Program-made: the position numbers and the translations under genes
DNA from: Pseudovirgaria hyperparasitica
Lineage: Eukaryota
Strand: one strand, 5' to 3'
Length of the DNA stretch: 64,000 bases
Assembly: GCA_010093815.1 (NCBI GenBank)
Contig: ML996572.1
Shown: positions 36,640 through 49,562 of the stretch, one piece after another
Layout: the number at the start of each line of letters is the position of its first letter
How positions within the stretch are numbered: the first letter of the stretch is position 1
Notes under the pieces: generated by a model
What the model saw: only the letters and a program-made list of their open reading frames with translations
Database searches by the model: none
What the model was told of the DNA's origin: nothing

Positions 36640-38826
36640 ATGCTAAGATCAAGACGTCCACACCGCTCTTCTAGCGACTCAAACTCGTCCTCCACTTCAA
36701 CCTCCCCCGAACGTGGCATTGACGACGACAATGACTCCTTCACGCTGCAAGCGAATGACTCAACATCATCTGTCGCACTTTCGATATCACAAGATTTGAG
36801 CGATCTAGAAATGGAGCGTCAGATGGCTGAACGATACAGATTGTCACCAGTGTCGCGCCTACCTGCTGAACTCATGATCGCCATCTTCTCCAAGCTGGCT
36901 TCTGCTGGGGACCTGAAATCATGCATGCTGGTTTCAAAGGACTGGGCTAGGAATAGTGTCGCCTTGCTTTGGCACAGACCTCAGACGAACAAATGGCAAA
37001 GTGTCAACACTGTCGCCAAATCTGTCAATACTACAAACAGTTACTTCGACTATGCCAATCTAATACGTAGACTGAACCTGTCGACTCTCGCTCACGAAGT
37101 TACCGACGGAACTCTTTGGCCTCTCTCGTCTTGCAAAAGGATCGAACGACTGACGCTAACACAATGTTCTTCGGTCACGGACCAAAGTCTTGTCAGAATG
37201 ATTGATGGTAACAGGAGCTTGCTAGCTCTTGACGTGACTGGCCTTTACCAGATAACAGACCGGACCATGTCGACAGTCGCAGCAAATTGTATACGGCTTC
37301 AAGGGCTGAACGTCACAAATTGCAAGAAGCTCACGGACGCTTCTTTGCAGGAAGTCGCGCGGAACTGTCGCCATGTGAAGAGACTGAAATTTAACGGATG
37401 CTCCCAGCTTACAGACAAATCTATCCTGACATTTGCCGAAAATTGTCACCAGATATTAGAGATCGACTTGCATGGCTGCAACCTTCTTGAGGACGATTCG
37501 GTTACAGCGCTCATTACAGAAGGACCACACCTACGCGAACTGCGACTGGCTCACTGCTCACGCATCACCGACCTAGCATTTTTGAGGCTTCCTATCGAGG
37601 CGACTTACGAAAGCCTCCGTATACTAGATCTTACCGACTGTGGCGAACTTCAGGATGCTGGTGTTGCGCGAATCATTGCTGCAGCCCCACGTCTTCGTAA
37701 TCTGGTCGTCAACAAGTGTCGACATCTCACAGACAGAGCCATCAACTCCATCATCAAACTTGGGAAGAACCTTCACTACATTCACTTGGGTCACTGCGCG
37801 AGGATCACTGACGCAGGCGTTCAACAGCTAGTAAAGCATTGCAATCGAATTCGTTACATAGACTTTGCTTGCTGTACCAACTTGACCGATAACAGCGTTC
37901 AGAGACTGGCGGACTTACCAAAACTGAAGCGTATCGGTCTCGTAAAGTGCCATAACATCACAGATCGGAGTCTGCAGGCTCTAGCAATGAGGTCGAGGGA
38001 GTCCCAGAGGGCTGTTGTCGGCCCCAGCTCCTTAGAACGTGTGCACTTGAGCTATTGTCTGAACCTTACGTTAGCTGTGAGTTGGTTCAATGATGTGCCC
38101 GGGATTATTGCTAAAAGATCTATCTAGGGTATCATGTCTCTCCTTAACAGCTGTCCGCGATTGACCCATCTTTCGCTCACCGGCGTACAAGCTTTCCTTC
38201 GTGAGGATCTCATTGTATTCTGCCGGGAAGCCCCTCCTGAATTCAACGATCATCAGCGAGACGTATTTTGTGTATTCTCCGGACATGGCGTTGCCCGCTT
38301 GCGCAACTATCTCAATGCGGATATCAACATCCCGGGCACAGGCTTTGATACTGATGGGACGATGTACGACGATAATATTGACGACGGGGAGGATGACGGC
38401 ATAGGTGATGATGAAGACGGTGATACGAGCGGCATAGCTCATGTCGCACCTCCGAATCCGTCAGGTTTGGGCTTCGTTGGTATGGGGCTTGACCTGAACG
38501 CACCGCCAGATATCGTTGTGAACATTGGCGGAACTCCGAGTCCCCCATCCGCAGACTCAAACACGCCCAACGATCAGCAACAAACGCCTACGCAACCAGT
38601 CCAAAATATAGTATGGCATCCAGCACCGCCGCCACCCACTGGATCCTGGAATGGTATGGGCTTGAACACCTTTAATAGCAGCGGGAGTTCTGCGGGTCCT
38701 GCTGCGATCGTACAAGGAGCATCGAGCGCACCACCACCACACCCGGCCCAGCAAGTCATCGATATGATGGGAGCAGTCGATATGCACGATGAGGAGATGG
38801 ACGATGCAGGATCTCCACGCCTATGA
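36640..38826 (+). CDS. grr1: SCF E3 ligase F-box/LRR protein Grr1 (intron 38077-38127)
   Basis: F-box LPAELMIAIFSKL...LWHRP; about 12 Cys-containing LRRs; CPRLTHLSLTGVQAFLREDL..FCREAPPEF..HQRDVFCVFSG.GV..LR.YL. Confidence 0.95.
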
Positions 38827-40109
38827 GACTAGGTACGCTCGCCCTCTTGGCTAGGCAAGTCCGAAGCCTTCGACACGCAATGAGAGGCACAAACTTCGCC
38901 GGTAACGTCAGCACGAACTTGGTCATGTACAAGTCATGTTCTTATATTGTGAGCAATGCAGGCAGTGACCTAAACAGGGAGACAGAGAGGGAAAAATGCA
39001 GCAAGACACGAGACATACACTACGATGGAATGGCGATGATACCCAGCGGCAGACCTTGCAAGGATGAAGATCAACGGCCTGTTTTACTCTACGTATGTGC
39101 TACATTTTTTTTGAGGCGGGGAAGGGAAAAGGGTTGGGGAAAGAAGGAGAAGTGGAGACGGGGGGAATCCTTATATTATAACCGCACCCTATTGGGGCTG
39201 TCCGCAGGCTCGGCTGTATGTTGGATGTATTCACAGGTTTTCTTCTCGCACTTTATTAAGGAAAAACAACAGTCCTAATACCACGTCGTTTTGTTATTCG
39301 TCTTATCAATGATTACCCGCATGTTTCTTTAGCTACTGTTACGGCCAGATTTAGCCGTAGTCTGAACCGACGTCATCATCATCATCGTCATCGTCATCGG
39401 ATGTATGCTACTAGGTATACCATACTATCCTCTCCTGAGGTAAGCTTCGGATGGTATAGTTCGCTTGGTATGTAGTATGTACTACTACTTGATGGAAGCG
39501 AGCGAGCGGCTTAGTTAACTAATTAGGTAGGGCACACACCAACACCCAAGAGCCCTGCCTGCTGGAGCGGAACGCTTGTGCAGCCAAGACGGATGGTGGA
39601 GGATCCATCCCATAGCCTGGATAGGGGGCCAAGACCACACAAACTTGGAAAAACAACGGGCGATGAAATGGGTGGCGCAGCATGTGCACATGTGGGGCGG
39701 GATGATGTAGTAGTACTACTGTATGGGATGCTTTGAGGTGTAGCCAAAGGTTGTCGATAGTTCACATCAAGGAGGCTGTCAGATTGTAAGAGGTTTTGAG
39801 AATTGTGTGAATCATGGGATTCAAAAGAATAGACAAGATGCTATTTTCAGAAATAATCATGTACAGTGCAGGTCGATACCGCAGCCTTACCCCAGAGACA
39901 TAAACAGTCGTGACCGTGCGAACGATAATGGCATCAAGACAAAAGATCATTCCTTGTTGCACTTGTATGCAACGCTCCAAACGCCTGTGAGTATCATCAA
40001 GGCCCAAAAAATCTCATATATAGACAGACCATTGCAGATCCGCATTCAACTCCTCACTCCACATCACCTATGCAGCCATGCCAAGAGAGAAACGACGCGA
40101 ACAAGATGC

Positions 40110-42082
40110 TTATTCGCGGCCTTCTTGGACGGCCTTGAGTACTGGATACAGGCTTTGCTCATCACTGGGCTCAGGCTTCGAACCAGTAGGAGTTCTCGAC
40201 CCATCGTCCTCGCTGTCGTCGAACTCGCCAGCCTCAAGACGTTGCTTGATATAGCTGCGTATCTTCTCGATGGTGCGAATGTTCTCGACCCACAACTCTT
40301 GTTGTTGGTCAGACATGTTGTCATTCGAGCCAGCGCTTTGAGCGCTTGGACTACGCAGGCTAGGATCGAGAGGGACTGAAGAAGACGAGATGTTGAGCTT
40401 GTTGACTTCGTGTCGCAAGCCATCACGGTCGCCAGTAATTGAGCTACGACGAGAAGTCTTCGTCGAGCCCGAATCGGAAGACGTGTCCATTGCGTCACTA
40501 GGTTGACTATCGTGAGCTGGAGCAGCTTTTTGCAGGAGACCACCAGAGTAGCGACGTGCGCCGTCTGCTCTGAAGGCACCGCCAAGGCCACTTGGTGGCG
40601 CGCTGCTGGTGGCAGGATACGCGTTTGACATGTCTGACATGGCACTAACGGATGGGAGAGTTGGGTACATGCTTCCCATGTTTTGACGAGTAGTTGGGGA
40701 AATGGTGTGGGAAGAGTGGACGGAGCTGGGCGAGTGGGAGTTGTATGAAAGTACACTCGAGGCTGGAGTTAGAGCTGGAGTCTCCGTAGCAGGCGCGCTC
40801 GAGTGCTGGTGCGATGAAGCAGGTTGAGAGACATGTACTTGCGTTGGTGGGGAGTTGCTCGAGCGGTAGTTGAGACCAGAGTGATACTGGTGAATACCGG
40901 GTTGAGCGACACCAGCGGCTGCCAAATGGTTAGGATTTTCGTAAACAGTGGATTGAAGTTGGTCAAGGAATGAATCGACGCCAAGCAGATCAGATTTGGT
41001 GCGAAGAGCTGGGAGTGGCAAAGAGTAGTGGTGGCCAGATTGATGGTGACCAGCTGAAGCCACCATAGTACCGGCGCCCTGGTACTCGTTATAGTTGCCA
41101 TGGACAGGGAGAGGAGCACTAGACAGACCAGCCAGTCTTTGGCCGACGTCATAGTAGGTGGATGGGTCGATCTGACGACGCTTTACGTCGCCAAAAAATT
41201 CGTTGAGAGCATCGTATGCGGCACGCTTTCGAACCTCGTAATCGTTTGTCATGCTGTTTGCAGCAGGATTGACGGCGTAGTACACTGGACCATACGCGGA
41301 ATTTGGTGGAGCGCTGCCGTAGAAAGCAGCGGCATTGGGTTGGGAGTGGTGGGAATAACCAGTCTGACCTAGAGCGCCATCGGGATAGTATCCGCTCGCT
41401 GTGGCGGCAAGAGCCCGCAAGTCAGCGCCGACTATTCAGGAAAGGTCAGAAAAGGAATGAAAAGACGAGGAGCAAGACGACAGGACGGAGAGATTGAAGA
41501 GAAGTGAAAAGATGTTGTAGCAGTAAGTAGATGTAACGTACCCTTACCAGGACCGGAAGCATAGCCAGGGCCGTGCTGGGCGCGGTTTGGCTCAGGAGAC
41601 CGGAGCAAGACTGAGTCGTCAGCGTGGGTCTTGACGTGCTTCTTCAGATCCTGAGGACGCTTGAAGGCCTTGCCACAGAATTCACACTTGTGAGGCTTCA
41701 GTGGTACATGCACACGGATGTGCGAGGTGATGTGATCACGCTTCACCGTGGTGGTACGACAGTTGCCCCACTGGCAAGTCAGATTCAAGTTATTGGTGCT
41801 CTTGCGGCCGACATGACGTTCGCAGACGTGGTCCTGTTTGCATGTTAGCAATGCTTCACAACATGGCTTGTGTCAGGTGACGAATGGAATGCTTACGTAA
41901 AGCTGTTCGGGTGAGTTGCAGCGCTCGCCGCAGTTGGCCCATTGACAGGTGAGAGAATCGCTGGCGACATTTGCTTGAGCTGTCGCAGGCGCAGCATTTG
42001 CAGAGGCTGGAGTAGCAACCACACCGCCGTCAGAGACAGGTGCAGGCACTGCAGGAGTCTGCTCTGGCGCTGAAGCAGACAT
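40110..42082 (-). CDS. pacC: pH-response C2H2 transcription factor PacC/Rim101 (3 exons)
   Basis: Three zinc fingers (CQWANC...[24 protein letters not shown]...[43 protein letters not shown]). Two YPXL motifs (YPTL, YPVL) flank the signalling-protease box [19 protein letters not shown]. Confidence 0.97.
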
Positions 42083-42125
42083 GTCAGTGAGCCTGGATAG
42101 GGTATTGATGGTCGTGATGGCGACG

Positions 42126-43969
42126 CTTGGCGTCAACGAAAGGCAGACTGGAGGCTACGAGGGCTATCGCAGACAACCCGACGATGGAAGTTGAGGAACA
42201 AGACTACAAAAAGATTGAAGAAGAATTTCCCTGGAGTAGAGAAGTAGTAGATGGGCGGAGAGCGAAGTAGAAAAAGTCTTGGTATACTGGGGAAAGTCTT
42301 GAGGAAGACAAGAAAAAGAGAAGCACGGGAGGGAGGGAGGGAAGGCTGGGCTTTGTATGTGAGAAGGGGGAAAGGACGAGCGGGACCAGGGCGGGGAGTC
42401 TTGTGCGAATCTGGGCACCTGGGCAGCGCGCGGGAAGAAGGAGAAATTGCAGGGCGTCGGGCGGCCAGGGAGTCAGCAAGTCAGCAAGTGACAGTAGCGA
42501 AAACGGGCGCTGCCTACCCCCGATTCTGGCGCTGCAACTGGCTGCAACCGGCCTGCAACTGGCTGTCAACTTGGGGGATGGTCACTCTGGCTGTGACTGG
42601 CTAGAAACTGCAAAAACTCTGCCGCCGCCGCCGACTCTTTTTTCCCCGGTAGTGTCTCCAGCCTGGTCCCTCGCAGCCGCTTGGCCTCTACTGTCTTGGC
42701 AACACTCGGCGCCTTTGCCTGCTTAGGTTCGGTCTCGCTCAGCCACCACAGCTTCAATGCTTGCTTGCTGTACTAATTACTATATGTCGTATGTACAGTG
42801 TACTATTATCATCTATCATATCCAGCCATGTAGTAGCAGTATATACGGTTGTATTTTCCATCAGTTCATCATCTGCTGCCTCGTACACCCACACCCACAT
42901 CCGGCGTTCCGTCTGACTGCATAACTTATTGTTAGGAACAAACACCAACACTGCCCGGATCATCACGTCGTCTCACGCTTCCGTCTCGCTTTCGCTTTCA
43001 ACACAAATACACGCCTCCACTCCCCTACACGCGCATTGTTTCGGCTCCGTCAATCCTATCACTAATATATCTGCGGCTTTTGCTCGTCGTCAACAGACCG
43101 TCCGGCTTTCAACAAACATGTGCCGGCCTCTCTGTGTCCTGTCCGGTTCCTACGTCCCACGCTCGACAAGAAAGCAGCCAGGAACATAATGACGCGCCAT
43201 ATTGCACATCCAATCCCATGCAGCCTTCATCTTCCTTCTCTTGCCACGAGCGTTGAGTAGGCTGCGCGTCTGCGCGATTGAGAGATGCTAAGAGGTTTGG
43301 CTGATGTCTTGGCTTTCCTGCTTGCAAGGTTGGCCGCTTGGCTTCTCGGTCAGAGTCTCGGCTTCGGTCCCTATCTAGGCAGCTCGCCCAGCTGGCTCTT
43401 CCGCGCTTGTTGCCCAGAAATCCCTCGAATTCCAAGATTCCAAGCCTTTCCCCCCCCCAAAAGGCCCAAGATTTGCCCGCCCACGCCCAGTTCTTACCTC
43501 CGCGCAATATCTGGCGCGGAATTTCTTGTCCGCAATTATGGAGGCGATGCTGCCTCGTCGTCGTCAGCTTTCTCTTGGTATTCCTGCGTGTCCTCGCTCC
43601 ACTACTGACGGGAAACATGCTGACCGTCTATCGTCATCCCGTTCAGCCACCTTTGCCAGCGTCCACACAATGCGACCTGAATCAGATGATCCACCTCGTG
43701 TACAGAGGTTTGAATCGCCTCGCCTGAACCAAATGGGCTACTCGGGTTCTGCTAGGCCGGTTCGCGGCTGATCTGGACTTCTCCCCCAACTTGGAATAAC
43801 CCCTCATCTTGATGAAGGAGAGCTCTGAGCTTCAACTCGAGTACGAACACGAGAATCTCATGAGACGCAGTAGATAGAACCTAGTCCATCGTCATAAAAC
43901 CAAGTGCAGAGTCAAAAGTTACACAAGCAAGCACTAATGATCATATTCTCGTCGCGAAACGACCCTGGC
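42126..43969. promoter_or_regulatory. Cluster of PacC consensus sites (GCCARG) upstream of pacC
   Basis: GCCARG or its complement at 42126, 42464, 42680, 42695, 43177, 43308, 43337 and 43964. pacC autoregulation via such sites is established in Aspergillus. Confidence 0.7.
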
Positions 43970-44250
43970 CCGGTCTACATGCCAAACTGGAGTGGAGGTG
44001 CCCACTGCCAGCTCGAACCTTAACTGCCCCACTCCACATCGCCATCTCCCGAAACATCCATACACTCTCCACCTGTCAGCACTCTTAAGCCCCATCGAGC
44101 AATCAGAACCCTATCCTCAACAGTCTCCACACCCAGCACACACCGGCCCTCCTCCTGTCGACCATGCAACAGTCTTGAACTCCCAGACCCTCCACAATCA
44201 CCATCATCCACACTCCACACAACCAAATCCACAACCCACCACAAACAACC

Positions 44251-44990
44251 ATGCCCTACGGCCGCGGCGGCGCAGGCAACTTCCAACAAGCCAAAGAAGA
44301 CAAAAAGAAAGCCGCTGTAGTACGCGCCTACCTCCCCATCCCCATCCATATCCTCCCCTTTTTCTCTCATTCTCTCTTCCCCCCAAACTAACACGGCTCA
44401 AGGACACCGAATCCCAATCCCAACCCCACCAGTCTCCCTCCTCTCCATCATCCTCCACCTCCACCTCCACACCCCAATACGCCCACTCCGGCCGCGGCGG
44501 CGCCGGGAACTGGTTCTCGCCCGCAGAGCTGGAGAGGAACGGCACCTTCACATCCACATCCACATTTACATCTACAACCCCATTCGCATCCGCATCCACA
44601 TCCACTGCGCCCTCTTCCTCCTCCTCCTCCTCATCCAATCCCTCACACTCACACCTCGCAAGCGCCGAATCCACCCTCCCATCTGCAAGCATGGCCGCCG
44701 CCGCACTATCCGGCATTACATCAGCCCAAACACGCCACAACGATGCAGAAAGAAGACGTGACGATGCTGTAGTAGTGCCAAGGGGGAAAATGGGCCGTGG
44801 CGGGGCAGGGAATATGGTTTGGGCGAGTGAGAGTGCGGAGGAGAGGGTGTGGAGAGAAAGGGAGGAGAGGGCGAGGGAAGAGGAGGTTAGTAGGAGGGTG
44901 CTTGTAGATGTGGAGATGGGGTTGGCGAGGCCTGGGGGTGTGTGGACGGGCGTAGGGAAGGTGAGGGAAAAGGGGGAGGTGGAGTGGTGA
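44251..44990 (+). CDS. DUF3602 / Par32(Amu1)-like protein with three GRGGAGN motifs (2 exons)
   Basis: ATG 44251 MPYGRGGAGNFQQAKEDKKKAA, intron ending CTAAC...CAAG at 44402, then HSGRGGAGNW and MGRGGAGNM and C-terminal DVEMGLARP. Confidence 0.85.
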
Positions 44991-45319
44991 TTGGGTGGAG
45001 CTGCTTTGGAGTTGGGAGGACGATGAGGGTGTTTTAGGTTGTGTTATTCTTCGAGGGGTGTGTTTTTTGGTTGTCGATGTCCCCGTGGGACTTATGCGAC
45101 ACATATCCAGATATCACTTGACCAATTGGAACGAGTTGGCAGTGAAGTTTTGGTTATTTTTTATGCCTGCCGTATATGCAATGCACTGCGATACACAGCC
45201 CTTCCCACGTCCGTCCCATACGATCCTAAATGCGGATCTAGGCATCATCATATATACAAGTCGAACAGAGAAACCCGGATCGCAGCACGCTTTAGGGTCG
45301 AGACGGTCTCAAGCAACGC

Positions 45320-45968
45320 TTACTGCTCGGTCTGGAAGTAGTTGAGGAGGATGGTACGCTCCTGGGACTCCTCACCCCAGTCCTTGACAACGACGCAAGA
45401 GCAGTTGACGACCTTACGCGGGTTACCCTCACGGTCGATCTGGCCTATTCCCCAACAAATTAGCCCCCGTGTCCAAAACACAGCCATGTCTCCCATCTGA
45501 TACTTACAAAGCCCAGCCCACTCGCCCAGCTGCTTGCCATCGGGCACCTTGATCAGCGGGATCTTGTGCTCGCTGCACAGCGCAACGACCAGCTTCTTGT
45601 ATGCCTCTTCCTCACAGGCCTCGTTGAGCACACACATGTGCGCTTGGCGACGGTCGAGAGCCTTGGAAGCCTCACGCAGGCCACGTGCGAGTCCGTCGTG
45701 GATCAGCGCCAGCTTGAGCACGCCCTTGAGTGCGTCCAGGACGGACATTTGGCCGGAGCCACCGGTCGCCTCGGCGGAGACCTCGACTTCGGGGACGGGT
45801 GAGCCTTCTCCTTCCGACTGTAAATGGGAAATGATAGGTTAGCATTGGACTTGGAAAATGACAGTGTGGAGGGCGATGAGAGGATTGAGGCGGGGGAAAA
45901 CAGCGCTTTTCGGCGAGTGCATTTAAGGATCATGGCAATAATGTTATGCATGAGTGGATGCATACCAT
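45320..45968 (-). CDS. rps12: 40S ribosomal protein eS12 (ATG-only first exon; 2 introns)
   Basis: ATG|GTATGC intron 45818-45965. [22 protein letters not shown]...[30 protein letters not shown]. Confidence 0.97.
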
Positions 45969-46747
45969 GATGACTTAATTGATTTTATATGTCGAACGTC
46001 CTAGAAGAGCTGAGTAGGGTGTTGAATAGATGTGCTTGTGTTGCAGTAGTGGGCATGTAAAAGTTCGAGATTCGAGATTCTGGGAATTCCGCGATGTGTG
46101 CCGCTTGCCGAGACTTGGCGTTTCGACTCCACGTGACCGTGGCTACATTTAAACTCCACTGCACGGAGGAAGGTGACTTACTTGACCGATCAGTGCTCTG
46201 AACTAGTTGTCTACTGTTCAGATCTTGATGTGACCAGCGAATAAAACGCAATAGCTCTTAATGACCTACACACAAAGAGCATTCAAATCTCTAGGAAATG
46301 AAACAGGTCAAGCATGATTTAATGGAGTACATTTGTATTTCTCCATGTTTCTACTATATTAATACCAGGCTATGTCCTCGACACTCCTTCGTTAGTGTAC
46401 AGCATATAGAGAAACCCGAGCTTAGAACAGAGCCCTATTGAAATGGGTTGTCTCGTACATCGCTACCTCATGAGAAGAACATATAGCTTCTACATGCCGA
46501 AGAGAAGCTCGGGAAACTGTTGATACCGACTTATCGACCCCAAATTGTGTACTAAAAACAAGACAAGCGTTGAACGCTCGAATCATGATGGGATTGTTTT
46601 GGTGTATGTCCGTAGTCGAGGAAGAGTGAACAAATGAAACTATGGCCGCCTTTGTACATAGTGTGTATGACGCGCTCGCTACTGGTTTGAGAACGAAAGG
46701 GTATAAGAAAGTGAAATCTTGAACGCACAGCTCTGTCAAATAAAGAG

Positions 46748-48575
46748 CTACATAATAATACAGCAACAGCCCTTCTTTTGTGGTTTTTCATCTTCACCGG
46801 GGTCTTCCATTCTGATCGAATCGACAGGTCGGGGATTTGGTGTTGGCGTGGATCGGGCGGGTGTCTGTGGACTGGAGATAGTGGGTATAGTCTTGTAGCC
46901 TCCCCCAGGACGTATAGATTCCGGTTTCGGGCTTGCAGGTTGTATGATTGGCCATTGTTGACCCTCCTCTTGCTTCTTCTCTTCCTCTGGGGGTGTCCTC
47001 GTAGCTGGCCTGTTGAACTCCTCCGTATTGAGCAGTCCGAAATTGGTGTCATAAATTGAACCGGTCTTGCCCTCTTGTTCCCACTGCTGTTGTGCCATTC
47101 TTCTAGCATGGGTGGGGATGATTTGCTGGTCCGGAGGTAGACTTGGGTCAGGTTTGTACATCGTGGCAATCCAGGGCGCTTCACCTTCGGGTCGATTCGG
47201 TCTGTGGCCGGTTTGTGGTCGCTGTAGACCCTCCGAGGTGCCAGGCCGTTTCGTATTTGATGAACTTTGCCGTGGTTTTGTTCCGGAAGTGGTACGGTCT
47301 TTCTTCTTGCCAGTTGCATTGATCTTAGTCGGGGACTTGGCTTTCGAAGGCGACGTTTGAGGTGGACTAGGAGTAGCTTGCTTGAACGAAGGATTTTGAG
47401 GAGTCTCAGCCTCATCGAGCAGAACTTCGCTACCAACACTACCACTCCGGCCGTTTCGGTTGAACACGATCGCCGGTTCAAGGATGGACCGGTTTGCTGC
47501 TGAGCTGCCTTGTCTACTTCTAGTCAAAGGCGAGTCTCTCTCTACTACGATGTTAGGGACGGGAATGGGGCTATCCATGGCAAGTGGTAGTCTGGAACCT
47601 CCAGGCCGGGACCCTGATCTTGCACGTTCTCGGTCAGCCGCAATTTCTGCCGGTGTCCTCAGGTCCCATGCTGCAGGGTCGTCATGCTCTGGTTCCGTTT
47701 CCAATATCTCCTCCTCTTGCCGCAAGGGCTGAATTGGTGTCGGCGCTTTGTACCTTTGACTCTCCTTTAGATCCTTGCTAGAATACCGACTATGTAATGT
47801 ATTTGCGGGAGGTAGCGATTCTTCAATGTTATACTCTTCTGTTGTTCTACGATTTCGACTTTGACTGCGTTCCCTACGTTCAGTTGATTGTCCTCGAGAG
47901 CGCGCGCGAGATTGTGTACGAGAGTCTGATCTGCTCATTTGTCGAGGTACTCTGAATCCTGCCTCCTCCAATTCCTTGCTCTCTATCTGCGCAAGCTTGT
48001 CCCTGTGGATCCATTTCGAGTCTTCCGTTGGCTTTATTGTGCCATGAGCACCGTTAGTGGTCAACTTTCGCTTCTCTCCCATTGCACTGTGTGTACCATT
48101 ACGGGTGTGGCCTGATTCCTTGAAGAGGTCGCTCAAGCCGTCGGGTCCGTTCGCATTAACGCTCAGATCGCTCTGTTTTCTGGAGAGCTGGTTGGCTCGC
48201 ACTTGTCGAAAATGCCCTGATTCCTGTCGTGTAAGAGACTTCCCGGAGTTTTGAGATTCTGTAGTATTCTTTCTGCGTTGTGCTGGTCGTATTAGATTGC
48301 TGTTCGCGGAACCTCTTTGGGGGTTGATAGCGGTATGTTGCGTTTCTTCAAAAGATTGTTCCTGCATGGCACTATCGAGTTAGTTATGTTGTTAAATGGG
48401 ACAAGTACAAATGATACCAATCAGCCTCCATCATAGACACCGTTTACGAATATGAAAGCCGCGTGTTACATACCTCTCCAGTAAGAGGGACAGAGAAGTT
48501 CCAGGCTCCTCGGCCCCCTTCTGGGCTGCACGGAGGACTTGTGGCTGCGAAGGTTGCGGACGGGATGGTGGCCAT
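46748..48575 (-). CDS. teaR: Cell-end marker receptor TeaR/Mod5-like, prenylated
   Basis: DSKWIHRDKLAQIES.EL, WDLRTP.E, RPEGEAPWIATMYKPDP.LPPDQQIIPTHARR and C-terminal CaaX KKGCCCIIM. Short first exon from ATG 48575. Confidence 0.82.
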
Positions 48576-49562
48576 GTACTTAATAGTTATATTATTCCAA
48601 AGATAAAAGCCGAACAGCACGTATAGAGCTTGCTAGCAGTCTAATAAGTCGAGCGATGGTGATCCGAGTAAGAGAGGGGCGCGTATAAACGTCCGAACAC
48701 CCGGTTGTAGCGACGTGACACGAGGTCAATCCGTGCGGGAACAAAGAGATGGCTGACCGTTAAGGCGAGAATGCTTCACATTGAAGTTGGACAAGGAGTC
48801 ATGGGTTAATAGAAATGCAAGCATATGAAAGAGCGGACGCCGACGGTGGGTGCGCGAGGCTGTGAGAGTTGAGAATTCGGATGTCTTTCGGGAGGCTGGG
48901 ACTGGGGGAGGGAAGCGGCGCACGGCGTGGGTACGGTGGGCGGTAGCTTGGCTTTAGCGCGGTCTGATTGTGATTATAGAGGTCCAGAAGTTGCAAGAAG
49001 ACTGTTTTGTGACGCCTAGATCTATCGGATGGTAACCACTGCTGTTAATTAGTTGTACTTTTACATAGTCCACTCGATTCCAATTGTACATGCAACCGAC
49101 CTGCGTCCCGCTCATGGTACTCCAGTATACAAGGGCAGACAATTGCTCGCCTGCGAACACAGGAGAGCCAACAGAGCGGACTCCGGAGACAGGTTTTCAT
49201 TGGCTGCCTACTATGCGCAATCAAAGCACCGACGGCCCCTGAGACTTGTTCATTGGTCTTTTGTGCATCGCCCTTCTTTTGTTCAGGATGTAATATTATG
49301 TGAAGCACGAATCGGGACAGTTGTGCAGAGTCCTATCAACACTTTCGTCGTTGTATCTACCCTGTTTGACACTTGACGTGCCGTTAGCGTCTTGCAAGGT
49401 TTCGATAAGCCCAATCCTTCACAGCTGCTGCCTTCGTAGGTTATACGTCTCACCAAAAGGGCTTAGCACGTTTTCGCGAATGGATACTTGAACCAACTTC
49501 ATAGACTATAAGCCCACTAACACCGCCAACAAGCTATTGAGTGCATAATAACGCCCATCCGG

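Noticed and set aside
43992..44250. N-terminal extension of the 332-aa ORF 43992-44990
   Set aside because: Starts at GTG and runs through the C/A-rich leader and intron; the real gene starts at ATG 44251 in another frame.
45818..45965. Possible intronic snoRNA in rps12 intron 1
   Set aside because: No clear C (RUGAUGA)/D (CUGA) box pair or H/ACA architecture seen.
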